DNA of 63,507 bases, counting the filler, from Octopus bimaculoides (taxonomy: Eukaryota), in the NCBI RefSeq assembly GCF_001194135.2. It is 6 parts of 6 records of this genome, joined end to end, with 100 filler letters (N's around TTAATTAATTAA, not from the genome) between each part and the next. Parts side by side here need not be neighbours in the genome. Positions count along the whole stretch, not along the records: positions 15,926 to 39,887 come from NC_068985.1; 5 more parts are not named here. One strand, 5' to 3'. The position numbers and the translations under genes were made by a program. A model generated the notes under the pieces. It was not told the origin of the DNA, did no database searches, and saw only the letters and a list, made by a program, of their open reading frames with translations. This document shows, in pieces, positions 23,340 to 36,421 of the stretch; the stretch's first letter is position 1, and the number at the start of each line of letters is the position of its first letter.

Positions 23340-23620
23340 ATTTGCCTTTTAATTGGTTCAGTCACTAGACTTTGGCCATGCTGGGGCACCATTTTGAACA
23401 GCTTCAGTCGAACAAATAAATTAACCCTAGTACATATTTTGTGCGTCTGGTAACTTATTCTATCGGGTTTTTTTTGCCAAACACAAACGAACACATAAAG
23501 TCGGCTACCCAATTTCCATGGCGTATAAGTGACAGATATTACAACATAATCCAGAATGGGACGTAGGGGAGGGAACAAGTTGATTATATCGACCCCAATA
23601 CTTGACTGGCACTTTATTAT
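23340..23620 (-). mobile_element. SINE 3' remnants
   Basis: GGCCATGCTGGGGCACC and TCGACCCCAATACTT segments are shared with the SINE tails at 39400-39470 and 25040-25080. Confidence 0.55.
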
Positions 23621-24109
23621 TTTAGACAAAGTTCGCTTTAGCGAGAAAAAATATTGCCAAGGAATTTTCTCCGATGTGCAAACGAATTTGTTATCTCGAC
23701 AACTTGCAGATATAGAACGTTAATATTAACGATAGGCCTCCTGCAGGTCCGAATCTATTAAAGTAGTATAGAGAATTGAACCAACTGTTTATAAGTTTGT
23801 ACTCAAGAAAACGTTTTCTTTTTTTTTTTCTGGATTGAAAAATAGATTGAAGAAACAAAAAGTATTTATAAAAGAGTTGGCATTTACAATCCACATTTTG
23901 GTTGAACTTTCTTTATTATTACAAGAAGACAACTGGATTTTACAAATGGAGATAAAATCGTCACGTATACCATTAATTTTTTATACAAATAAAATAGAAT
24001 TTTGGTTTTTGCATGAAAATAAAATTAATCAACTCTCAGAAGCTGATGCTTTCAAATGAATGGATTTTTGAAGAAAGTGAAAAGTGTAAATCACTGTCAC
24101 GAGAGAAAA

Positions 24110-24150
24110 AAGACAGAGAGAGAGAGAGAGAGGGAGAGGGAGAGAGAGAA

Positions 24151-24181
<31 letters not shown>

Positions 24182-24285
24182 AAGAGAGAGACAGAGAGAG
24201 AGAGGGGGAGAGGGAGAGAGTAAGTGAGAGAGTAAGTGAGAGAGAAAGAGAGAGGGAGAGAGAGAAAGAGAGAGAGAGAGAAGCT
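24110..24285. repeat. (AG)n-rich repeat
   Basis: Direct reading. Confidence 0.95.
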
Positions 24286-24574
24286 ACGGAGTGAATAATT
24301 GATAAAATGGAGACAAACATTGTTAAGTGAAAAAGGCATTAGGTTTAAAAAGTATGATTTACGTTTTAGATATAATACATTCAAAATTGCTTAACTATTG
24401 AATTGTCCAAGGTTCTTGAAATAACGAAGATCCGGGTTCATTGGTAATGAAATGTTGCACGAATTACTATACTTTTTTTTCTCTTGAGACCTCGGACTGT
24501 GAGTGACCGAGAACACAACGTCCCCTCTGAAAGGGATGCAGCTATGTTGAAGTGTTCGAGGTTTGCTATTTTGA

Positions 24575-24700
24575 GTGGAGAAAACAAGTCGATTACATCG
24601 AACCCCAGCACTTAATTGGTTCTTTAATTCATCGACCCCGAATGGATAAAACGCAAAGTTGAACCCGACGGGATTTGAACTCAGAGCGTGAAGAACCGAA
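24575..24700 (-). mobile_element. SINE copy inverted relative to the downstream array
   Basis: Reverse complement matches the body of 24915-25125 (GAGTTCAAAT..GGGGTCGAT). Confidence 0.7.
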
Positions 24701-24914
24701 AAAAAAAATTCAGCTTAGTATTTTCTCCTATGTGCAAACGACGACCTTGCATGAAATTTATCAAATGTAAAGTCTGAAGCTGACTTAGATCGTTTACTCT
24801 TTTATAAAGAAAAAAACAAACATTCATTTCAAAGATCTCTCTGGTATACGTATAATATGGAAAGCAACACAATTTATGAAGCGAAAGAGGCATTTTTGTA
24901 TTATTATTGATAAA

Positions 24915-25800
24915 AGGCGGTGACCTGGCGGAAACGTTAGCATGCCGGGCGAAATGCCTATCGGTATTTCGTCTGTCTTTATGTTCTGAGTTCAAATTCT
25001 GTGGAGGTCGACTTTGCCTTTCATCCTTTCGGAGTCGATAAATTGAGTATTGGTTGCGTACTAGAATCGATCTAATCGACTGGCCTCCTCCCCAGAAATT
25101 TCGGGCCTTGTGCCTTAAGAAGAANNNNNNNNNNTTATTTGTATTGATAAAAAAAGCAGCGAGCTGGCAGAGATTTTATCATGCCGGAAAAAAACGATTA
25201 ACGGCATTTGTGCGTATTTAGGATCTGGATTCAAATTCTGCCGAAGTTGACTTTGCTTTTCATTCTTTCAGGATCGATGAAATAAGAACTAGTCAAGCAC
25301 TGGGTTCCAGGAAATTGAGTATTTCCGCCCCCCCCACCCCAATATTTCAGGCATGGTGCTTATATTAGAAAAGATTATTTTAAGTTGTGAACTGGCAGCA
25401 TAATTAACACACTGGACAAAATGCTAAGAATTAGCAGTTCTTTGAGCTGCAGAGTTCAAATGCCGCCGAGGTGAGCTTTACCATTCATCCTTTCGATGTC
25501 GATAAATAATAAAATAAGATCCAGTTGAACCCTGAGTTGGATGTAGTCGACATACCCATGCTCTAAAACTGCTGTCCTTGTGCCAAATTTTAAAGTCATT
25601 TATGAAGTGAGCTGGCAAATTTCTAAGAGGGTCTCGGATTAAAGGCCTAGAAACATTTCTTCCGGCTCTTTCGATTTTGCATATCATCTTCTCGGTCTCA
25701 ATAGAGTTCCCAGTTGTGCACTGGGGTCGATGTAATTAAGCAGCCCCTCCAACGGCCTTCCACAAAATGTCAGTCCTTTTGCCTGAAGGCGAAATAACTA
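24915..25800 (+). mobile_element. Head-to-tail array of four diverged copies of one tRNA-SINE family (~24915, ~25158, ~25385, ~25608)
   Basis: Each unit starts with a G(T/C)GA(G/C/A)CTGGC head, three have TTCAAAT, and all carry (G/A)GTCGAT-type body motifs. Confidence 0.75.
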
Positions 25801-26398
25801 TTTGTATTGATAAAACTGCAAGTTTAACAGCTAATCACAATCGTTTCCATGTTCTGAAAAACCGTTACACCTGTGAAAAACTCGTCACAATGATGCGTGG
25901 TACCTGTAAATCAGATATTACACATCACTGATCACATTTATGTAGGAGGCTTTATGCAACCTCCACTAGAAACCATCTTGGAAATGGTTTAAAGTCATAA
26001 GATATAATACGGCATAAAAACATGTTAGAAGTTTCTAAAACATAAAATTTAAACCAATAGAAATAAGGATATACATTGCTTCCTAAATGCTTAATGATTC
26101 ACGATTAATTTAGGTGAATTTAGTTCTAATTACAGAAATATTCACATAGATGGTGTAGTTGTCCTTTTAAAGTTCATTGGACCGGAGGCTAAAATCTTCA
26201 CAATACACTAACGCATACGAACGAACATGTGTATGCATGTATGTATGTATGTATGTATGTATGTATATATGTATTTGTATGAGTGAGTGAGTGTGCCTGG
26301 GTATGTGTAGTGAGAACAAGAGACGAAAAGGGTTAGAAAGTGGCAGGCACACCCCTCTTTACCATTCATAGATAAATATATGCATTCATAATACACTT

Positions 26399-26432
<34 letters not shown>

Positions 26433-26633
26433 CTATCTATCTATCTCTGCGCATGTAAGCATGTATGTCTGTCTGTCTGTCTGTATGTCTGTCTGCCTGT
26501 ATGTATGTATGTATGTATGTATGTATGTATGTGTGCGTGTATGTATGTATATGTGTCTATATGTGAGATAAATGCGCACAGCTAGTAAACAATAGCAGGA
26601 GACACTAAAGCATACAACTTCCACCAAATACAA

Positions 26634-26762
<129 letters not shown>

Positions 26763-27457
26763 TATAATGTATGTGCGTTTTACATGGTCAGATGGATACA
26801 TCTATACAAACACAGATAACAATGCTTACGTATGACAAAATATGATTCACACACATGCATAATTAATAGGGATTCAACTACACAAAAATACACAGATGCG
26901 CGCTAACAACTTTAGCAAAACGCGCACATACAATACATTTACACACACATAAACACTTATACACGAACATATATACACACACATACGATATATTAGTCAT
27001 TGCCACTATGCAAGCTTCATTAGGGAGGTTGTCTTACCATGACCTCTAGTTTTTGTACATCCAACAGTGGGACCTTTCCCCATCTACCATCTCAATGACA
27101 TGATTAGCCACCTGTTCCACCCCACCATACACCGATTTACTGGCGGCATTCCGCTACACCAGTCCGCCGCCAACTGGCAGTACCCTCGCTTCCACCGCCC
27201 ATCTTAAAGAACGTAATTTCAAACGATCTCGACGCTTCGCTGTCCGCCATTCTGCTGATTGTCTTTTATGACGCACAAACAATTGCAACTATGTCTGCCC
27301 ACTACTATGCATTAATGTTGTTTATGGATGTAGCATGTATTTATGTATGTATGTACATGTGCATGTATGTGTGCATATGTATATGCATCAATCTATCTAT
27401 CTATCAATGTATCTATACGTCTGCCTGTCTATCTGTATGTCTGTATATCTCTCTGTC

Positions 27458-27536
<79 letters not shown>

Positions 27537-28267
27537 ATATATATATATGCACAGATAGATAAATAAATAGATAGATAACACAAATATATATATGTCCATG
27601 CGTGTGTATGTGTATGTAAGTATGTGTGTATCAGCGTTCATCTGTCTATAGAGAAACGAACGCACNNNNNNNNNNNNNNNNNNNNNNNNNNNNNNNNNNN
27701 NNNNNNNNNNNNNNNNNNNNNNNNNNNNNNNNNNNNNNNNNNNNNNNNNNNNNNNNNNNNNNNNNNNNNNNNNNNNNNNNNNNNNNNNNNNNNNNNNNNN
27801 NNNNNNNNNNNNNNNNNNNNNNNNNNNNNNNNNNNNNNNNNNNNNNNNNNNNNNNNNNNNNNNNNNNNNNNNNNNNNNNNNNNNNNNNNNNNNNNNNNNN
27901 NNNNNNNNNNNNNNNNNNNNNNNNNNNNNNNNNNNNNNNNNNNNNNNNNNNNNNNNNNNNNNNNNNNNNNNNNNNNNNNNNNNNNNNNNNNNNNNNNNNN
28001 NNNNNNNNNNNNNNNNNNNNNNNNNNNNNNNNNNNNNNNNNNNNNNNNNNNNNNNNNNNNNNNNNNNNNNNNNNNNNNNNNNNNNNNNNNNNNNNNNNNN
28101 NNNNNNNNNNNNNNNNNNNNNNNNNNNNNNNNNNNNNNNNNNNNNNNNNNNNNNNNNNNNNNNNNNNNNNNNNNNNNNNNNNNNNNNNNNNNNNNNNNNN
28201 NNNNNNNNNNNNNNNNNNNNNNNNNNNNNNNNNNNNNNNNNNNNNNACATATATATATATTGTATAT

Positions 28268-28313
<46 letters not shown>

Positions 28314-28740
28314 ATATATATATTGTATATATATATGTATATATATATATATATATATTTATACATACACACACATATATATATACATATGCACACACAT
28401 ATATGTATGTATAAATAAGGAAATGCAGGTTTAAAAATACATATAAGCAATAGTTTGATCTATATATGCATATACGCGCATGTGTGCTTATATGCGCATA
28501 TATTAATATGTGTGTATGTATACGCATTTTAATATGTGTGGATATGACGTGATTTTCGAAATGAATTATATTGTCAGCTATGTCGATACAATTGCCTGTA
28601 ATATATGTACATTGGCCAAGTAATGGCACACGTTTAAAAAAATATTGTTTGCCAGAGGATGCCAATTAGAATTAAACACACACACACATACACACACAAA
28701 CACACTTACACACGCACGCACCCCCACATATGTATGTATG

Positions 28741-28795
<55 letters not shown>

Positions 28796-28799
28796 TGTT

Positions 28800-29250
28800 C
28801 TTAATGATTCTATCATGATGTTAGATTCGATTTGTAACTATTTGTTCCATGCTGTTTACTCAAAAATGATTGACGTATTGATAAAAAAAAGACATTCTTA
28901 CACCGCCTACGCTAGAACTTTTAATGACAATATCGAAACGTTTACTCTTAATACTGTTATCAATTTAGACAGGCGTTTCCTACGGTGCTTGGACCAAGTC
29001 ATTTCAGTGACAGTTTTCGGTAACTGTTCGTGGCATTTATTGCTTGTCTTGCCAAAATTGGACACGCTGTCACAATATGGCTAGTTCTTCCCAAGTATTT
29101 CACAAACACATTCTTGCACGTTCTATGTATCACTATATCTTTCAGCTCGTTAAAAGTATTGCACGTTGTCTTATAGTTAAGATTTGTTGCCATTGTTACT
29201 GTTTAACACCGTGTCAGTGTAGATGAAATCGCTAGTAGTCTCTCGATGAT
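28800..29250 (-). pseudogene. R4/Dong-type (RLE) LINE remnant, zinc-knuckle to endonuclease region
   Basis: TSHIVTACPILARQA resembles 'ETISHIVSACP.LA.' and ECLFFINTSI resembles 'CLIIDVAI'. Heavily degraded. Confidence 0.5.
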
Positions 29251-29499
29251 CGCTAATGATTACCCTCCAGATTCCTATGTGGCTTTGGAAGCTAATCTTG
29301 TGTCTACAAATCCGGTCGCAGACCGAGCACTGCATTTGTTGCGAGAGAAGGCGTAGTGATGGTCACCTCATTCTGATAACTGTTCGTTAATTTTAACTTT
29401 TAATGACACGTTTGTGTTTATGAACGTGAATGTCGTCTCTGCAAATCATACCCCAAAGCGAGCCTTTGTTATCTCACTATCCGATGAGTTGTGATACTA

Positions 29500-30130
29500 G
29501 TCACAAGTTATATCTCTATATAATTTGCTTCATAAAATAGATCTCATCAATGAATTTGTTCATATTTCAGAGCCATGTAGCAGAGTGTATGTCTTGTACT
29601 CTATTCAGTATCTGTCTCACATCATGATCCGTATTACTAATTTCATTTGTGCCAGTTCTTTTATAAGGCGCTGGATTTTCTCACCAATGGTTTCATTCAG
29701 TGACAGATATCTGACTATCCGTTGTTGTTGTTGTTGGCACTCCGTGGAGCTTTTAGGTGTTTTCGCTCAATAAGCATCACAATGCCTGGTCTGGGAATCG
29801 AAACCGCGATCCTATGATCGCGAGTCCGCTGCCCTAACCACTGGGCCATTGCGCCTCCACGTGACTATCCAGATAGTGGATATTCTCGATATAGACAAAG
29901 AATGTCTGAATAGAATCCTGCTTCATCTGTGCTTCTTTATGAATAATCCTTGTTTTACGTTGATGTTATGATCAATGTTCTCATATGCGTCAGCAAAAGT
30001 AACGGCAATTGTCTATAATTCAACTGAAGATACATTAACTGTAGTATCATTTGTACAATGAAGCATAACTACCGGTAGAGTCGTGTTATTTGTTCTGGCA
30101 CGCAGTCCGCCACATGGTTCACTAGCTCGT
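29500..30130 (-). pseudogene. RTE-like LINE RT remnant interrupted by a SINE
   Basis: Minus translation ..IENIHYLDS|..IGEKIQRLIKE..LLHGSEI resembles 'V..F.YLGS..EI..RI..LLYGSETW'. Confidence 0.4.
29721..29860 (-). mobile_element. Short (internally deleted) tRNA-SINE with (AAC)n tail and 9-bp TSD
   Basis: Head GTGGAGGCGCAATGGCCCAGTGG..GGTTTCGATTCCC. TSD TGACTATCC at 29712-29720 and 29862-29870. The long form is at 62994-63378. Confidence 0.85.
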
Positions 30131-31469
30131 TATTTACGCGGCATGAAATCTAGTTACCAACTGATATTCATTTACAGTGATATCAAGTATAATAGTTTTC
30201 CATTTACAACTAAGCAAGACTTCGAAGTGATATTTTCATTGGTTTATAACAGAATATTGTACCTTTTAAATATTTGTACCGTCCTTAGATTGTTTTTAGG
30301 TCTGATATGCAGAAGAAATGCATGTAAGACAGCTTGTGGTTTCAAATATTTTGGTCGACTTCGAGCTCTTTTCATTGTTTACATTCATTTTTGCGCTACG
30401 GCTTTAGAGTACACGCAAGATTTCCTTCTGGTCTTTTTTATTATCATTATTCTTGGAAGCACGAAAAAGCAATCACTTTCTGCAAATCAGGATATTTTAT
30501 TTGGAATTTGGTCTCTTTAAAACCACATTGCTGAGTTCTTCATTTAAAAAAGCAAGGGCACTTACAATATCACAGTGATTCTGCTATTGGAGATCCTCTT
30601 GTGTTTTCAGGGGATATATACCTGAGCGTTCGACCTGCAAGAAATAGGAGCCAAATATTTTTAAAATAACCCTCTACTATTTTTCTAAGAAGAATAGGGT
30701 TCTGAGCTTCATCACGGTAGTGCTACATGTCCACAAAAAATAGTTGAAATAATTTTGGCTAGTGTGTGAAACAATGTCGATTACATTTGGGGAGAGAATA
30801 TATGAATATGCATTTGATCCTTAAGACCAAGTAGGAGACAGACGGCAGATAGAATTGGTGCGCTACGTATATGCTTAGAGGCTAGTGCTAAAATATATGC
30901 GGAGATGAAATACAAAGTAAGAACTTTGGTATTGACGCTGAAAACTGTACAGTTGCCATCTTTGCGACAGAATAATGGCAGATATTAATCGTAGACATTA
31001 AACTACGCCATATGCGATCTGTTGGAATCTTGCTATCGTAAATGTAGGCGCTATTGTAAATGCAGAAGGAAAACAATTGCAATTCTGGGGAAGCGTAGAC
31101 GGTTTGGTTATTCGATGTAAGGCAACAAGAAAATTACTTTCAAGATATCTGTGAGGTGACAATCAAAAAATCAGAAGTATAAACAATGTAAAGTCATAGA
31201 ACCGTCATGACCAAACTGCGGCCCGTAGCAATTTCTGATGGCACACTGAACGAAAAATTATTCTGTTTTTAGGTGTGGCTCTCCTAAGGATAATGAACTA
31301 TGCTTGTGCCTGACTTAGAGCACCTTATTTCGGAGCAAAAGTGGCCATCAATATGCTCAATGCCAAAAGACGACGACCTGGAAATTGATAGTAGGGCCAC
31401 TGTATATTACTGATCCTCAACAGAAAGAGGCCTACTTCATCTTGGAAATAAATAGAGGTAGGGAATTAA

Positions 31470-31475
31470 GGGAAA

Positions 31476-31546
<71 letters not shown>
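31470..31546. repeat. (TC)n microsatellite
   Basis: Direct reading. Confidence 0.95.
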
Positions 31547-31548
<2 letters not shown>

Positions 31549-31884
31549 CGAAACAGATCTTGCTGTTTGCTTGATGAGGCACTAGTGCTTATTTATGTCT
31601 GATTTTGTGAGTGCATGTGCCTTAGTTTGAATTGTTTAGGACGTAAACGCTATTTAGTAGTGGCGATAAGGAATTATCGCATTTCTTGTTTGTACTGTTT
31701 CAAAAGCAGGTAATGATATGTGCATATGAAGGATTTAACGTTCTGCGACATTTTCACATTGTTTGTCTTCTTTTTCCTTTTCTTTAACGTCTTCCATAAG
31801 TATCAATTGAGCACTAGTGTCAATATAGTCAACTAACCTTTTCCTCCCCCTCCTCCTCTTCCCCTCCCTTAATACAGTTTTGTC

Positions 31885-33490
31885 TAAATTTGATGATATT
31901 CTCCTGTCATCTTATTTATTCTTCCAGAGCATGATGTTAATAACCCAGAAACATATTTCTCCTCGTACATTCTGAGAAGTGAAAGTGAAGCAGATTCAGA
32001 ATATTTTCTGAGAATATGCACTTTCAAGTCTTCTTCAAAATTTCAGCCGCTTAAAACGAAATGTTCAGCAAGTTCTGTCGAACTACTGTTATTGTGCCTG
32101 ACGTCGAAGCTGTGCTCATTAAAACTTTTGTCTAATCGTCCTCTTGTACAACCAACATAAATTAAGTTGTGTTTCGTGCATTCTGAAGCGTACACCAAAT
32201 GGGAATCTTTTCATGTTCCACCTTCTGTATAAATCATAACATTTCTGTTATGATTTCTGATGGAATTCATTTCCCTTATGTTGTTGCACAATGAACAGGG
32301 CTTACCTCTCTTGCGGCTGTACTTTAAGGTACAACGTGCAGATATTCCAATGTTCGTTTTCTTGGAGTCAGATATAGAGGTCAATAATTCTCTTATATTC
32401 TTATTCCGTCAAAAGGCTACAATAGGCGGCTGAGGAAATATCTGTTTGAAACGAGGATATTTTTTCGCCACATGCTGGTAACTTTCATGCAACACTTTTG
32501 AAATGGCAGCGAAATGTCGGTGCCAGCTAATCACTAATGGAATTCTACCATCTATTGTACTGTGTTTGCTAAAATTATGCGTGAAGGTTTGAGTATCTTT
32601 GCTAATCTCAGCTATTTCATTTGTATTTCCTTCAATCGTGATTCACTGTAACCTTGTTTGACATAATGACATACGAAAGCATTGACATGTTTCCAGTAAT
32701 CCGCCATGACAGTACGAATCCATTTTATCCTCAAAAATTGGGATTTCCGATTTGACCGAATAGGATGATGTGAATGATCGGGGCGGCGGTGGAGATAAAT
32801 GTGGGATGATGTGGGCTTGCAAAACAACTCTGTTACTATTCTACCCCCAGAAAACTTGATTTTTGTGTCCAGAAATTCAAAGCTAGTTTTTGATAAACTA
32901 GATGTAAATTTTATGTAGGACTTAAAACCATAGTTTTTAGCATAACAGTCACAAAAATGTAAGAAGTACATTAGACTATCCTATGATCCTTCCCAGACAA
33001 AAACTACGTCGTCAATGAACCGTAACCAGAGTATTGGTTCATGACCATGAATGGATTTGAATGTCTTCAGTAACTGTGTCTCGAATTCGTGATGAAGACA
33101 TTAGCGAAATTAACTCCCATGGGGGTAGCCATGGCGCAACCCTTCGTCTGGTGGTAAAATCTTTGTCTAAATTTCATTGTGTTACTTTCTTACACAAACC
33201 TCAATAATCTACAGAGAAAATTTGATTGAATACTTTTGTTTGACCCCTATTCGAAGGCATCCATGCATGCTTCTTCTCCTTAACTGTGGTCAATATTGGA
33301 ATATCAGGAAGAAACATCCCTGGTTACCGAAAAACAGTTCTCGACACGGCCTCGGTACTTAAAAAAGTTGTTGATTTTAGATACAAATTCAAAGGTATCC
33401 CGAACTTGATCGTTTTGCGACGGGGAGTAGAAAGCCATCCAGCCATTCCGAAATTGTGGTCGTGCAACATTCATATCCGCTGCAAATTGG
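31885..33490 (-). pseudogene. Penelope-like element (Neptune-like): RT, CxxC linker and GIY-YIG endonuclease, disrupted
   Basis: Minus translation TISEWLDGFLLPVAKR..RDTFEFVSKI, GCAMATPMGVNFANVF, LWLRFIDDV, IKFTSSLSKTSFEFLDT..KPTSSHIYLH, KPCSLC, VYASECTKHNLIYVGCT..ELAEHF. Confidence 0.8.
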
Positions 33491-34425
33491 GCGCATTGGA
33501 GGAAATCTTTCGAACTTTTTGTGTATTTTGTGGAGACCATAAAATACAACGCGCTCGGTAGAAGTTCCACCATGGAGTTCTATAGAGGATTAGTGGACGG
33601 AAGGGGTGACGACGTACTCGGGGAAGCTATGGGCTTCGAGAACGATCAACTACCTGGTCCTTTATGGAGAACTTTCGGGCCAGGGCCTATGGATAACTTC
33701 CAGAAATACCTGGCCTAGCAGTGCTACCGGGGAGCTCTGCCGGTTCGAGACAGGCTCTACAGACACGGAAGTGCTGTCAGATGGACATGTCTGAGGTTTG
33801 AGCAGGGCGATTAAACCGTCCTGCATGCAATCGTCCTCTGTCCATGCATTACCTTTTGGAGATATGTCGAACAGCTATTGACACATATAGGACAGGTCAA
33901 GTTATCAACCGAGTCTACTGTCAGTATCACCACGTTGACTTCTTTTGTCCGGGAGGGAAAGGCAGTTTTCTTCTACCTAGTTGCTATACGATAAAAGTAG
34001 TGTGGTGTATGAAACTGAAAGGACTGAAGACAGACACTTTCCTCTTTGGCCAATCTATAAGTGTAGGTAGAGAGGTGAGTACCGTCCCCCAGTAAGTTTA
34101 TTAAAAGGTAGATGAATTTTGCGAAAATGTCTCGCGTGAATATTCGTCTGTAAGCCGGAGAAGTTGAGAGGAAGATCGGTGCCTACTTCGTGTGCCCTTT
34201 GTAGTCGCAGTAACCAGGATGTGTGGGGGTGCCTAGTTGACCCTGAGTGGAACTCCCCCTTATGGGGGTGGGGGTGGAATGTTGTTGTTTTATTTTTGTT
34301 GCTGCTAATTGTATTGTTTTATTGTTTACGCGTTTTCTGGGTTTTTTTAAAATCCCACTTATCCCTTGTTTTTTGTATTGCCTCTATATGTTTCTGTGTT
34401 CGACCCTTGTGGCCAATAAAAAAGA
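33490..34425 (+). mobile_element. Tx1/L1-like LINE 3' fragment with 3' UTR and AATAAA, abutting (ATT)n
   Basis: RSSTMEFYRGLV..WRTFGPG..LPVRDRLYRHG..TCLR; homologous to 7700-8674; ends CTTGTGGCCAATAAAAAAG. Confidence 0.75.
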
Positions 34426-34603
<178 letters not shown>

Positions 34604-35699
34604 TATTTCTGCGTAAAAGACCTCCGGGTTTATTAGTATTTTAGAAGATTTTACTTGAAGTAAAGGAATTTTCTTCCTTCTTTCTTTTTGCTTCTCCATT
34701 TAGTTAATAACGGGATGTGAAACATGGAGACATTCGACCCGTTAAGTTCAGGTGGAAAGCAAGACTTGTCTTTCACATCTTAAAATGTTGTAATTATGTA
34801 AACACTGTTTACTACATCTCTAACAATTTCGAACACAATTTATAAAAGATTTATAAGAAACAATGAGATTTTATCGAAAAACCAAACAAAAGCATTTATG
34901 ACAATTAAGCAAGGAGACAGTTATGATTGGAAATAATAAGACATTGAAAATTACATAGAAAAAAATACTTCGATTCCATAAATGGATATTTTGGAAAAAC
35001 AATGAATTTTTACCATCAAGTGAAACAAATGGCAATTATAATTATGAGAATTTCAACAACGAATGTAGTATCCACGTCACCAATTTATCGGACAAAGTCG
35101 CTCGCCAGAGGAAAGGTTTGTATATGGGTTAGTTACCAGAAAAAATACGCAGTTTGAGAGAGTCATGTCTCAAGAAAATGTTGTTCCTTTCCGAAGAATT
35201 TCATTGATGTAATCAAATTGACATTCCGTTGCTTCTTAAAAGAAAAAAAATGGAAAAACGGAATTGGTTTGTATATATGACATAAAGGATAAAAACAGAA
35301 TAAGCCTTAGCGACTGTATGACGTACATTGATTGCTGTAAAACAAATAAAAGTGTTGCTTGGCCATCGAGTAGCAGGGGAAATGATAGACAAAGTAGATA
35401 TATTGCTGAATTAGATGAGGAGGCACCAGACAACGGAGACAATGGGCACGCCCAAAGATAATATTTGTACGGCTGTTGATCCTACTCTTCTCATCACATT
35501 TTTGGAAAGATACAGGCAGTAAATAATTTTAGAGTTTGTCTCATGTCAGAATAAGACATCTATATGGACATGCATCTGGGGTACCTATGAAGATTTAAAA
35601 CAAAACCTGGCAGTGTAAATGTCGAGAGATCAGATAGAAAATTAATCGGACCTCACACCCTGTGGAGAAAAGCAGGAAACCAGATCGCTACAGGTTCGA

Positions 35700-36000
35700 A
35701 AGTATAATTTATGTCAAGGATTTCTGCTCTGATGATTTTCAAACGTTGTGTTTGAAAGAAATTGATTGACAGCATCAAAATTAGGAGAGGGCTCCAAAAC
35801 TCCGCTTTCAAGGGCTCTATTGCTTGTAACTTAGAAGATATTGAAAGAAACCGCCAAGGCTTTCTGCTTCGAAGATTTAGAAAAGTTGTGTTAGAAAGAA
35901 ATTGATTAACAGCTTCAAGTAATGTAGCAACAAAAACAGGAGGAGGGCTCAGAAACCTCTCTTTCAAGGACATTAGTGCTTGTAGCTTAGATGATAGGGG
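35700..36000 (-). repeat. Diverged tandem ~150-bp duplication with a coding-like substitution pattern
   Basis: Units translate SSKLQALMSLKERFLSP..EAVNQFLSNTTF..SRKPW and SSKLQAIEPLKAEFWSP..(frameshift)DAVNQFLSNTTF..SRNP*. Confidence 0.6.
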
Positions 36001-36421
36001 AAAAAATGGTGTTGTCCTCAGTAACAAAATAAGACAAGTAGGAAGCCGAAAAAACTCACTGGTAACTGCCAGGCAGTAAGATCCTATCTCATGCTGTGAT
36101 GATGGGATAAAATAATAAATAGGCAATGGACAGGGAAAGAAAACTATCATGAACAGCGGAAGAAATGCAGAAAACACAGAAGAGAAAGGGCGAACCTAAA
36201 TCAAAGGTTATCATTAAGGAAAACGGGATCATATACTTCTGGGTTGTATGAAATTACTCCGCTGAATGGATAATTTTACTGAAACCATAGAAGAACGTGA
36301 AAAGAAGCAAAACAGTGTTTGCAAATATGCGTTTTAATTTTTACATTTATATTGCTTGTTAGACTGTGAGTCTCTAGCTACACTAGCAACCTACACACTG
36401 CCAGAGTGTAACCAGAAAAAA

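Noticed and set aside
24915-25800. CRISPR-like repeat array
   Set aside because: Units are ~220-bp diverged SINEs in a eukaryotic context; no short identical repeats, unique spacers or cas genes.
33085-33115. GTGATGAAGAC..GCGAAA as a hammerhead core
   Set aside because: It is the antisense of the PLE RT coding motif (NFANVFI), has no stem II and lacks C3.
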